Below are positions 56,393 through 63,815 of a stretch of DNA of 64,000 nucleotides, piece after piece. The position numbers and the translations under genes were made by a program. The notes under the pieces are model-generated. The model worked only from the letters and a program-made list of their open reading frames with translations. It made no database searches and was not told where the DNA came from. How positions within the stretch are numbered: the stretch's first letter is position 1; each line of letters starts with the position of its first letter. The stretch comes from an uncultured Clostridia bacterium. Its GTDB lineage: Bacteria > Bacillota > Clostridia > Oscillospirales > Ruminococcaceae. The stretch covers positions 686 to 64,685 of the forward strand of contig CANRJA010000009.1 in the NCBI GenBank assembly GCA_947630825.1, in the 5' to 3' direction.

Positions 56393-56430
56393 AACATTGT
56401 AATAATCTTATGCAAGAGGCGGAAGAATGA
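56393..56430 (+). pseudogene. 3'-terminal remnant of another copy of the ~70-aa small ORF
   Basis: AACATTGTAATAATCTTATGCAAGAGGCGGAAGAATGA matches the last 38 nt of 58006-58218 apart from 3 substitutions (two interrupt the frame as TAA TAA). There is no upstream coding part. It is followed by the same TTTATTATAACATTAATTATCCATT junction. Confidence 0.7.
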
Positions 56431-56443
56431 TTTATTATAACAT

Positions 56444-56478
56444 TAATTATCCATTTTCCATTGTCAATTATCCATTAT
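56444..56478. repeat. Five CCATTRT-family heptamers spanning the stop codon of the RHH gene
   Basis: TAATTAT CCATTTT CCATTGT CAATTAT CCATTAT. Confidence 0.85.
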
Positions 56479-56662
56479 TTTTATCTCTCTCCATAGCTTC
56501 ATCAACCGCCCGATTAAGAAACTTGTTTAAAGATACATCATACTCATTTGCATGAGCTACTATCTTTTCCTTTTTACCTTTTGGAACTCTTATAAGCATA
56601 CTATCATAGTGCTTTTTATTATATTTTGCATTCGCTCTTTTTTGGGCTTTACTAACCGGCAT
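56468..56662 (-). CDS. Small ribbon-helix-helix-like DNA-binding protein, module B
   Basis: ORF 56468-56674 starts at a TTG upstream of the GGTGA RBS; ATG 56662 gives MPVSKAQKRANAKYNKKHYDSMLIRVPKGKKEKIVAHANEYDVSLNKFLNRAVDEAMERDKNNG. Nearly identical in nucleotide sequence to 57421-57615. Confidence 0.55.
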   Translation of the reverse strand: MPVSKAQKRANAKYNKKHYDSMLIRVPKGKKEKIVAHANEYDVSLNKFLNRAVDEAMERDKNNG

Positions 56663-56685
56663 ATTTTTCACCAACTTATATCAAT

Positions 56686-56892
56686 TTAATCTTCCCTATA
56701 CTCTAAAATATCACCTATATCACATTCAAGCAAACTGCAAAGCTTTGATAGGACAGCATAAGATACACTTTTGTTGTGCCTTAATCGTTGCAATGTAGCT
56801 TCTCCTAATATTTTTTCTTTTCTTAAACGTGATGTATTATAGCCTTTTGCTTTTAATTCTGCTAAAACATTAATTTTATATCTTATAGGCAT
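56686..56892 (-). CDS. XRE/Cro-C1-type HTH protein (68 aa, YozG-like), module B
   Basis: MPIRYKINVLAELKAKGYNTSRLRKEKILGEATLQRLRHNKSVSYAVLSKLCSLLECDIGDILEY. The C-terminal C(D/Q)xGDI(L/M)EY is typical of short HTH_26-type regulators. Confidence 0.72.
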   Translation of the reverse strand: MPIRYKINVLAELKAKGYNTSRLRKEKILGEATLQRLRHNKSVSYAVLSKLCSLLECDIGDILEYRED

Positions 56893-56952
56893 TATGTAAA
56901 CTTTCCTTTCACAAATATCTAAAATTGTTCTTAAGACCTAGCACATTAATAA

Positions 56953-57171
56953 TTAAATGTTAGTATCATCTTCATCTACATATTCCATAATATCTCCGGG
57001 TTGGCAATTTAAAATTTTACAAAGTTTATTTATTGTATCAGTAGTTACACTTTTATTATTTTTTAAGGATGTTAATGTACCTTGAGGTATAATATTTTCC
57101 TGTCTTATCCTGTATGTACTTAATTCTCTTTTTTTCATTAAACTAAATAGCTTATCGAATTTTATAGCCAT
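56953..57171 (-). CDS. Second XRE/Cro-C1-type HTH protein, module B only
   Basis: ORF 56953-57192 (TTG); ATG 57171 gives MAIKFDKLFSLMKKRELSTYRIRQENIIPQGTLTSLKNNKSVTTDTINKLCKILNCQPGDIMEY. Confidence 0.7.
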   Translation of the reverse strand: MAIKFDKLFSLMKKRELSTYRIRQENIIPQGTLTSLKNNKSVTTDTINKLCKILNCQPGDIMEYVDEDDTNI

Positions 57172-57253
57172 ATATACAATACTACCTTTCAAATTTTATA
57201 ATATGCACTTAATAGACATAATAATTTATAAAAAATTTGTGCAATATTACATA

Positions 57254-57282
57254 TTGAATGTGCACAGATTTTTGTGTATAAT
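57254..57282 (+). promoter_or_regulatory. Consensus promoter with imperfect palindrome in the spacer (module B)
   Basis: TTGAAT, 17 nt (GTGCACAGATTTTTGTG), TATAAT. Confidence 0.6.
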
Positions 57283-57314
57283 ATAATTATACCAATTAAT
57301 AAGGAGTGACATCA

Positions 57315-57383
57315 ATGAAAAAAAAGTTTAGAGCTATTCATTTAGTGGATTTTGAAGAAGTAATGAAAGAGGCTGAAGAATGA
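57315..57383 (+). pseudogene. Internally deleted copy of the small ORF (22 codons), marking the duplication junction
   Basis: MKKKFRAIHLVDFEEVMKEAEE*. The first 20 codons match 58006-58065. It then joins to the last codons through GAGGCTGAA / GAGGCGGAA microhomology. Confidence 0.75.
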
Positions 57384-57396
57384 TTTATTATAACAT

Positions 57397-57431
57397 TAAT
57401 TATCCATTATCCATTGTCAATTATTCATTAT
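57397..57431. repeat. Five CCATTRT-family heptamers spanning the stop codon of the RHH gene
   Basis: TAATTAT CCATTAT CCATTGT CAATTAT TCATTAT. Confidence 0.85.
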
Positions 57432-57615
57432 TTTTATCTCTCTCCATAGCTTCATCAACCGCCCGATTAAGAAACTTGTTTAAAGATACATCATACTCAT
57501 TTGCATGAGCTACTATCTTTTCCTTTTTACCTTTTGGAACTCTTATAAGCATACTATCATAGTGTTTTTTATTATATTTTGCATTCGCTCTTTTTTGGGC
57601 TTTACTAACCGGCAT
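57421..57615 (-). CDS. Small ribbon-helix-helix-like DNA-binding protein, module C
   Basis: Same protein as 56468-56662 except the last residue (NNE vs NNG). ATG 57615 follows GGTGA. Confidence 0.55.
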   Translation of the reverse strand: MPVSKAQKRANAKYNKKHYDSMLIRVPKGKKEKIVAHANEYDVSLNKFLNRAVDEAMERDKNNE

Positions 57616-57638
57616 ATTTTTCACCACCTTATATCCGT

Positions 57639-57845
57639 TTAATCTTCCCTATACTCTAAAATATCACCTATATCACATTCAAGTAATTTACAGAGTCTTG
57701 AAATATTCTTGTAAGACACAATTTGGTTATGTCTCAATAGATGTATTGTTGCTTCTGCCAATAATTTTTCTTTTCTTAAACGTGATGTATTATAGCCTTT
57801 TGCTTTTAATTCTGCTAAAACATTAATCTTATACTGAATAGACAT
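57639..57845 (-). CDS. XRE/Cro-C1-type HTH protein (68 aa), module C
   Basis: MSIQYKINVLAELKAKGYNTSRLRKEKLLAEATIHLLRHNQIVSYKNISRLCKLLECDIGDILEY. It differs from the module B copy mainly in the central HTH segment. Confidence 0.72.
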   Translation of the reverse strand: MSIQYKINVLAELKAKGYNTSRLRKEKLLAEATIHLLRHNQIVSYKNISRLCKLLECDIGDILEYRED

Positions 57846-57944
57846 ACTGACTGATACCCCTTTTTATTTCTTGCATATATTGCACAGAATTACTGTGTAC
57901 AATATAAACAATAATAGACTTATAATTTTGTATAATATTACATA

Positions 57945-57973
57945 TTGATTTACACAGAAATTACGTGTATAAT
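57945..57973 (+). promoter_or_regulatory. Consensus promoter with imperfect palindrome in the spacer (module C)
   Basis: TTGATT, 17 nt (TACACAGAAATTACGTG), TATAAT. A related palindrome CACAGAATTACTGTG lies at 57889-57903, in the oppositely oriented promoter region. Confidence 0.6.
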
Positions 57974-58005
57974 ATAGATAATTTAAATTAAAGGAAGTGA
58001 CATCA

Positions 58006-58218
58006 ATGAAAAAAAAGTTTAGAGCTATTCATTTAGTGGATTTTGAAGAAGTAATGAAAGAGGCTGAAATGTTATCAGGACTTGCTCATGTATGCTTATT
58101 ATGCTTTATCAATTCCTTTGAAAGCGACATTTTCACAGGAGCATTTGAATGTTTAGCCAACGAAGCCTCAAAATTGAGTGAACATTGTTATAAACTTATG
58201 CAAGAGGCGGAAGAATGA
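58006..58218 (+). CDS. 70-aa helical protein of unknown function (module C cargo)
   Basis: ATG 58006 follows AAGGAAGTGACATCA. MKKKFRAIHLVDFEEVMKEAEMLSGLAHVCLLCFINSFESDIFTGAFECLANEASKLSEHCYKLMQEAEE. Paralogue of 38580-38801. Confidence 0.5.
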   Translation: MKKKFRAIHLVDFEEVMKEAEMLSGLAHVCLLCFINSFESDIFTGAFECLANEASKLSEHCYKLMQEAEE

Positions 58219-58231
58219 TTTATTATAGCAT

Positions 58232-58273
58232 TAATTATCCATTATCCATTGTCAATTATCAATTATCAATTAC
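58232..58273. repeat. Six CCATTRT-family heptamers spanning the stop codon of the DtxR-like gene
   Basis: TAATTAT CCATTAT CCATTGT CAATTAT CAATTAT CAATTAC. Confidence 0.85.
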
Positions 58274-58634
58274 AGTTTTCCTTTATCCTCGCAAAAGTCT
58301 CCTCCGAGATTATATGCTCTATCTTGCAGGCGTCAAGCTCGGCATTTTCCCTTGATACGCCTAAACCCTCCAGAAAATCGGTTATTACTAAATGCCTGTG
58401 ATATACCGACTCCGCTTTCTTTCTGCCCTCGTCTGTAAGAACTATCTGCCCCGACGGCTCGACGGATATATATCCGTTTGCTTTCAGAATACCCATAGCA
58501 CGGCTCACGCTCGGCTTTGAATACCCCAACTCTGTCGCAATATCAATAGAGCGCACATATCCTGTTTTATTGTGAAGTATTAAAATGGTTTCTAAATAAT
58601 CCTCTCCCGATTCGTGAAGACAGCATTGTTTCAT
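58266..58634 (-). CDS. DtxR/MntR-family metal-dependent transcriptional regulator (short form)
   Basis: ORF 58266-58658. Start moved to ATG 58634 after GGAGGA. ESGEDYLETILIL...VRSIDIATELGYSKPSVSRA wHTH and an HRHL...FL dimerisation helix. Confidence 0.8.
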   Translation of the reverse strand: MKQCCLHESGEDYLETILILHNKTGYVRSIDIATELGYSKPSVSRAMGILKANGYISVEPSGQIVLTDEGRKKAESVYHRHLVITDFLEGLGVSRENAELDACKIEHIISEETFARIKENCN

Positions 58635-58688
58635 TTTAAATCCTCCATTCTTACGCAAATTTTTTCATACCCTGATTTATTAAAACAT

Positions 58689-59414
58689 CTACAAAATTTT
58701 TGGATTCTTTAACGCCTCAATAACGGCTTCTGCTGAATTTTCCTCAGCGTGCAGGAAATTAACAGGCTCGTTTATATCCCGAAGATAGTGTGCGTCAGAG
58801 CTTGTTATCACCTTACAGCTGTTTAAGTAATCGTGCTGAGCTTTAAGCTCGGGCAGATTATTGAGGTTTTTAAGCTCTACAGTTTTAAATGTAGAATCCG
58901 GCGAAATAAATCCTAAGTTTGCCAAAAGCGAGTTAGCCTGCTTGTCTATATGAGCAGGTATAGCAACTCCGCCCATACTTTCAACCAACGGAAACACCTT
59001 TGAAAATGAAATAGTCGTCGCATTGATAAGCAGCTTGTTCTCGTGTCCGATTATCTCGTCATCGCTGTTCATTATTAGTTGTTCGCCGAATATATCGGGA
59101 TTATTCTCTACAGGCATTATTCTCTGATTTACATACTCGTCGAGCTCAAGCGCTCTCTCCAAACTTGGCATAAGGCATACAACGTGAACCTCCTCCTCAG
59201 TGGTAAGCTCCATACCGCAAATTAAGGTCTTGCCATAAGCCTTTGCGACTTCACTTGCGGCAACGCAGTTTTTCGAGGCGTTGTGGTCGCACAGAGCGAT
59301 AATATCAAGCTCTTTAACATAAGCCATTCCGACGATGTTCGCAGGGGTAGACTCATTATCACCGCAAGGCGAAAGACAGGAATGTATATGTAAATCGTAA
59401 GACAGGCTAAGCAT
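58689..59414 (-). CDS. PHP-domain phosphoesterase
   Basis: 241 aa. N-terminal DLHIHSCLSPCGD, with later HN and H..D motifs of the PHP family. Confidence 0.75.
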   Translation of the reverse strand: MLSLSYDLHIHSCLSPCGDNESTPANIVGMAYVKELDIIALCDHNASKNCVAASEVAKAYGKTLICGMELTTEEEVHVVCLMPSLERALELDEYVNQRIMPVENNPDIFGEQLIMNSDDEIIGHENKLLINATTISFSKVFPLVESMGGVAIPAHIDKQANSLLANLGFISPDSTFKTVELKNLNNLPELKAQHDYLNSCKVITSSDAHYLRDINEPVNFLHAEENSAEAVIEALKNPKIL

Positions 59415-59751
59415 TTTCTTTAAGCAGGTCGTGAATCATAACTGCAGTTTCATAAATAGGCTTGTCTGACTGCACAACCGTTATCCCCTGCATCTCAGCC
59501 TTTGGGAGCATATTTTCATCTATTGCCGTTCCCTCGGCAAGAACTATAACGCTCATCTCGGTAAGAGCCGCAACTGCGACCGCATTTATATTACCCATAA
59601 TGGTTATCCAAACGCAGTCCTCAAAGCCTTTTGACATCACAACGCTTAATAAGTCACAGCAGTATACACCGCTGATATTTCTCTCTTTATTTTCATCGGG
59701 AAAATTTAAAACCTTAAATCCTGCTTTTTCAATAAGCTGAGAAGCCGTCAT
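59407..59751 (-). CDS. DRTGG-domain protein
   Basis: 114 aa. Same fold family as 61540-61890; typical member of hydrogenase-associated sensory clusters. Confidence 0.65.
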   Translation of the reverse strand: MTASQLIEKAGFKVLNFPDENKERNISGVYCCDLLSVVMSKGFEDCVWITIMGNINAVAVAALTEMSVIVLAEGTAIDENMLPKAEMQGITVVQSDKPIYETAVMIHDLLKENA

Positions 59752-59782
59752 ATTATCACCATACCTTTCGTTTTAGGTGTAA

Positions 59783-61057
59783 TTAAATCTTTTTCAAATC
59801 ACTTGATATTTTATGTATATACTCACGAAGAAGATGAATACAATCCTTCTCATTTGCAATTCCCCTGACAATATCTTCGGCTAACGCCTTACAGGTCGGG
59901 GCTCCGCACGAACCGCAGTCAAGACCGGGCAGTTTTTCGCAAAGCTGTTCGACCTGCTCCATTTTAGCCAACCCGTCAGCAAAGTCACGACCCAAATTAA
60001 ACACAGGCTGATACTCTAAATCCTTATCCCAATAAGCCTTGTTCACGTCGCTTGATTCTTCAATATGGTTTTTTGCAACAGGCATATATTTTCTTAGATG
60101 CTTTAGCTTAGATTTTGCCACATACGGGTTTTCCACCTGCAAAACTCCGCCAACACAGCCTCCGGAGCAAGCGTTAAGCTCTATAAAGTCAAGGTTTGAG
60201 ATTTTCTGGTCCTCCAGCTCCTCTAACACCTTGATAACATTTTCAATGCCGTCGGCGGCAAGGTAGCTGTCTGTCAATAGACCTCCTGCTTCTCCGCCTG
60301 ACGCTCCCCAGCTTATGCCTATTTTTCCTGCCTGCAAAAGGTCGTCGCTCTCGTTTTGAGCCTCGACCATATACGGCAGGATTTCTTTATAAACGTGCTT
60401 AATAGCGACAACTGCGTCGATTTCTGATTTTTCATTAACTATAGGGTGCTTCGCGGCCGAGACTTTGGCAGGACACGGAGATAAAAATATTATCCCTATT
60501 TTCTCTCTAGGAAGCCCAGTATCTTTGAGCGCTTTCTTAGCAGCCTCCTCGGCGGCTATTTCAACAGGCGCATTAATCGGCAGAATATGCTCAATAAGAT
60601 TGGGGAATCTCACCCTTATAAGCCTTACCACCGACGGACAAGCCGAGCTTATAAACGGAGCCTTATCTTTGTGCTTTTCTATGTATTCCCTTGATAGCTG
60701 CGAAACAAGCTCCGCCGCCGCAGAAACCTCGAACACATCGTCAAAGCCCATATGCTTTAGAGCGCGCAATACTATATTAATATCCTCTAAATTGTTGAAT
60801 TGAGCGTAAAAAGACGGCGCGGGAAGCGCTACCTTATATTCAAACTTATCTAAAATATCCAGCGGATCGTAATGAGTTTTCTTTGCGTGGTGAGGGCAAA
60901 CCCGTATACATTCTCCGCAGTCTATACAAAATTCAGGAATAATATGAGCCTTTCCGTTTCTAACTCTTATAGCCTGAGTAGGACAGCGCTTTATACAATG
61001 TATACAGCCCTTGCACAGATCCTTATCAAGCCTTACCGAATTTATAAAATTCTCCAT
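59783..61057 (-). CDS. [FeFe]-hydrogenase-like Fe-S protein (probable sensory, non-catalytic type)
   Basis: ORF 59783-61066; ATG 61057 is the likely start. Two N-terminal CxxCxxCxxxCP motifs. Hydrogenase-core-like Cys positions (ISSACPSVV, LSPCPAK, ELNACSGGCVGG) deviate from the catalytic TSCCP/MPCxxK signatures. C-terminal LDCGSCGAPTCKALAEDI Fe-S domain. Confidence 0.72.
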   Translation of the reverse strand: MENFINSVRLDKDLCKGCIHCIKRCPTQAIRVRNGKAHIIPEFCIDCGECIRVCPHHAKKTHYDPLDILDKFEYKVALPAPSFYAQFNNLEDINIVLRALKHMGFDDVFEVSAAAELVSQLSREYIEKHKDKAPFISSACPSVVRLIRVRFPNLIEHILPINAPVEIAAEEAAKKALKDTGLPREKIGIIFLSPCPAKVSAAKHPIVNEKSEIDAVVAIKHVYKEILPYMVEAQNESDDLLQAGKIGISWGASGGEAGGLLTDSYLAADGIENVIKVLEELEDQKISNLDFIELNACSGGCVGGVLQVENPYVAKSKLKHLRKYMPVAKNHIEESSDVNKAYWDKDLEYQPVFNLGRDFADGLAKMEQVEQLCEKLPGLDCGSCGAPTCKALAEDIVRGIANEKDCIHLLREYIHKISSDLKKI

Positions 61058-61117
61058 TCCCCACACCTCACTTCTGTTTAAATTCTCTTTAATCTTCTTA
61101 TGTATTTGTAGTTAAAT

Positions 61118-61543
61118 CTAATTTATTTTTACCTTCATTACAACTGTTGTTCCCACACCGAGCTTTGTATCTATTGTAAGTTCATCAGAATACTTTTTCA
61201 TATTGGGCAGTCCCATACCTGCGCCAAAGCCAAGCGACCTTATATTTTCATTCGCTGTAGAATACCCTGCCTGCATAGCCTTTTCAACATCGGGAATTCC
61301 CGGACCAACGTCCTTCAGCGTCATAATTATTTCTGATGGTGTTACCTCAACGGTGATATCGCCGCCCTTTGCGTGAACGACCATATTTATCTCACCCTCA
61401 TACATTGCAATAGCGACCTTTCTAACAACATCAGGACTTACTCCCATTTGCTTGAGCTTGCCCTTAACGTCGCTGGACGCCTCTCCTGCACGAGTGAAAT
61501 CCTCTCCGTCAACAGTGTATTTGAATTTCACAGACGTACTCAA
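61118..61543 (-). CDS. GHKL-type ATPase (anti-sigma-factor/histidine-kinase-like ATP-binding protein)
   Basis: 141 aa. N-box-like EGEINMVVHA and G-box DVGPGI...GFGAGMGL. Confidence 0.7.
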   Translation of the reverse strand: MSTSVKFKYTVDGEDFTRAGEASSDVKGKLKQMGVSPDVVRKVAIAMYEGEINMVVHAKGGDITVEVTPSEIIMTLKDVGPGIPDVEKAMQAGYSTANENIRSLGFGAGMGLPNMKKYSDELTIDTKLGVGTTVVMKVKIN

Positions 61544-61890
61544 TGTTTAGCACCTCCGCGAAGTCCCTTTTCGTATAGTATTCCGCAGGCCTCAAACATT
61601 CTCATATCCGTAGCCATAAGAACAAGTCCCCTGTCTGACGCCATTTCAATGATAGCTTCATCAGGTATCTTTCCCCTTACAAAGCATATGCAGATAATAT
61701 CCATCATCTCGGCAGTTCTTATGACTTGTGGGTTGTTAAGTCCCGTAATAAGAACAGACTGATCCTTGACAAACGCTAGAACGTCGCTCATCATATCAGA
61801 ACCGCAGGCAGTATGAACGTCTTTTCCGATATACTCTTCACCGCAAAGTATTTTTGCATCGAGAAATTCCTTTACCTCTAAAATTGTCAT
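61540..61890 (-). CDS. DRTGG-domain protein
   Basis: 116 aa. VLITGLNNPQVIRTAEM segment. 4-nt overlap with the downstream ATPase gene. Confidence 0.65.
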   Translation of the reverse strand: MTILEVKEFLDAKILCGEEYIGKDVHTACGSDMMSDVLAFVKDQSVLITGLNNPQVIRTAEMMDIICICFVRGKIPDEAIIEMASDRGLVLMATDMRMFEACGILYEKGLRGGAKH

Positions 61891-61954
61891 AATGATCCTC
61901 CTATAATAATTTCAAATGATACAAATAGCTATTAAAAAACCTAATATTATTTTA

Positions 61955-63034
61955 CTATATGGTACCATTAATATTCTTTCGTATATCCGGTATTAGTTGT
62001 GATAAAGGACGCACATAATCCTTCATACCAGTATGCATATTGCATCTTTTATATGTATCACTCGTATCCATTAAATAAAATATTTGACCTTGCTCACCTA
62101 AACGAACAATTTTATCATCTGTTAAATCCTTATCATAAGTAATAAGATGCCATAATTCTTTAACTTTAAAATGTGATAATGTTCCTCTATCTGCTTGACT
62201 AAGCTGTTTCCAGCGTTCCCTTAAAGTACGTTTGCAACTTATACCAATTATCCAACCATCTTTACATTTAAACCATTTATCCACTTCAAGATCTTGATCA
62301 AAGTGACTAGGTGCACTCGTAGAATTAAATTTATAATAATCAAATAAAAATGAAGTCACTGATTCAAGAGAGTTGCCACCTCGAGCCTTTCTTTTTTGAC
62401 CTAATCGCCTTTCAAATTCTTGTACAAATGCAGTTAGTAATAAATTATCGTCAATCGAATCGTGTTGTATGTTTAAAGATGTTAAATTATCAATAAGTTT
62501 TGTAAATTCTTCAACTACTATTGTTCTCTCAACATCAAGGCAACCTTTCACACCTAATGTATCCCACGTAGAAATAACAAGACCTGCCTTTTCCTCTCCA
62601 AGTGTATCTAGAATACTTGTTGCAGATTTATAACAAAATTCAATATCATCCGATGGTATTCCAGATAAAGCATGATTAATTGGAGCCACTACATATTTCA
62701 TAGTAATACAAAAAACAACAATATCATCTATAGAATTGATATCTTGATTTAATGTTGTAACAAGATTTTTTGTCAATTGACACATTTTAGAACCTGTTTT
62801 TACCATTTTAATCAATTCATTTGATAAAGCATTTTTCAAAACTTTTAATTTTTCATCATTATCCATTACGTCTTGAACCAGTAAGTTTTCTAATAAAGAA
62901 ACCGTATTTAACAACTGAGTTTCTTTGCATTTTCCCAATGCACCATATTGATCAGTATTCATTAAATGTCTTGCAAACCAATATATATTTTTAAACGGAG
63001 ATTTTTGTATCTTCTGATGTAAGTTTTCTTGCAT
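61955..63034 (-). CDS. Putative type II restriction endonuclease
   Basis: ORF 61955-63100. Start moved to ATG 63034, 9 nt after AAGGAGG. Lies immediately downstream of the methyltransferase and overlaps it by 44 nt. AT-rich. The acidic/Lys cluster FDQDLEVDKWFKCK...GISCKRTLRERW is compatible with a PD-(D/E)XK site but was not verified. Confidence 0.5.
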   Translation of the reverse strand: MQENLHQKIQKSPFKNIYWFARHLMNTDQYGALGKCKETQLLNTVSLLENLLVQDVMDNDEKLKVLKNALSNELIKMVKTGSKMCQLTKNLVTTLNQDINSIDDIVVFCITMKYVVAPINHALSGIPSDDIEFCYKSATSILDTLGEEKAGLVISTWDTLGVKGCLDVERTIVVEEFTKLIDNLTSLNIQHDSIDDNLLLTAFVQEFERRLGQKRKARGGNSLESVTSFLFDYYKFNSTSAPSHFDQDLEVDKWFKCKDGWIIGISCKRTLRERWKQLSQADRGTLSHFKVKELWHLITYDKDLTDDKIVRLGEQGQIFYLMDTSDTYKRCNMHTGMKDYVRPLSQLIPDIRKNINGTI

Positions 63035-63815
63035 TTCTCCAATCCTCCTTTCCTTCAATACGATTTTTAGCCATTTTACAATACATACTGGATTTTTCAA
63101 TCAAAATATAATTTCTATTATATTTTTGACTTGAAACCGCAGTTGTACCAGAACCACCAAAGGGATCTAAAATTATTTGTCCATTTGTACTTGATACTAT
63201 TCTATCTATTAATTCTTCAGGAAAAGGGGCTGGATGTGGATTATTCATTTCCTGTTTAATTTCCCATACATCAGTCCATTTATTTGCCCCCTTTGTTAGT
63301 TTAAATGATTTATTACAAACTAAATATATTTGTTCTGTTGTAGGTAAAAAGTAACCAGCATTAAAATTAATAGCTCCACTCCTTTTCCACGTTATAATCT
63401 GCCTTACTGGAAAATCTTTTAGTATTTCACGTCTGTCTTGTAGCAAGCCGCCTTGCACCCTATTTTTGTTATTATAAAAAATAGCTCCATCTTCTTTTAT
63501 AAGGCGATACATTTCAGCAACGCACTTTCGTTGCCATTCTAAATACTCAGGATAAGGTAGATTATCATCATAATCTTTATAGCCATTTTTAATTGCAGCA
63601 TTTTTCCATTTTCCGCAATGTGTGTTTTTCTTTAATCCATTACCAGTAGAATTGAGTAAATTATATGGAGGCGAAGTGATAATAATATCAATGCTTTTAT
63701 CCGGCATTTTACGCATTACTTCTAAACAATCACCATGAATAATACTATTTAAATTATTATCAATTTCTATGTTCTCAGCTTCAAGTGCATTAAACTCAAT
63801 AATTTTAACAGACAT
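62991..63815 (-). CDS. DNA methyltransferase, beta-class (N4-cytosine or N6-adenine)
   Basis: 274 aa. Catalytic motif IV IITSPPYN is near the N-terminus and SAM motif I LDPFGGSGTT near the C-terminus (beta permutation). SPPY favours N4-cytosine specificity but does not prove it. Confidence 0.85.
   Translation of the reverse strand: MSVKIIEFNALEAENIEIDNNLNSIIHGDCLEVMRKMPDKSIDIIITSPPYNLLNSTGNGLKKNTHCGKWKNAAIKNGYKDYDDNLPYPEYLEWQRKCVAEMYRLIKEDGAIFYNNKNRVQGGLLQDRREILKDFPVRQIITWKRSGAINFNAGYFLPTTEQIYLVCNKSFKLTKGANKWTDVWEIKQEMNNPHPAPFPEELIDRIVSSTNGQIILDPFGGSGTTAVSSQKYNRNYILIEKSSMYCKMAKNRIEGKEDWRNARKLTSEDTKISV

Noticed and set aside
56290-58270. Prophage or integrative element, suggested by Cro/CI-like and Arc-like regulators
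   Set aside because: The region contains no integrase, recombinase, replication, structural or lysis genes and no att-like direct repeats at its borders. It holds only small regulators plus the ~70-aa ORF.
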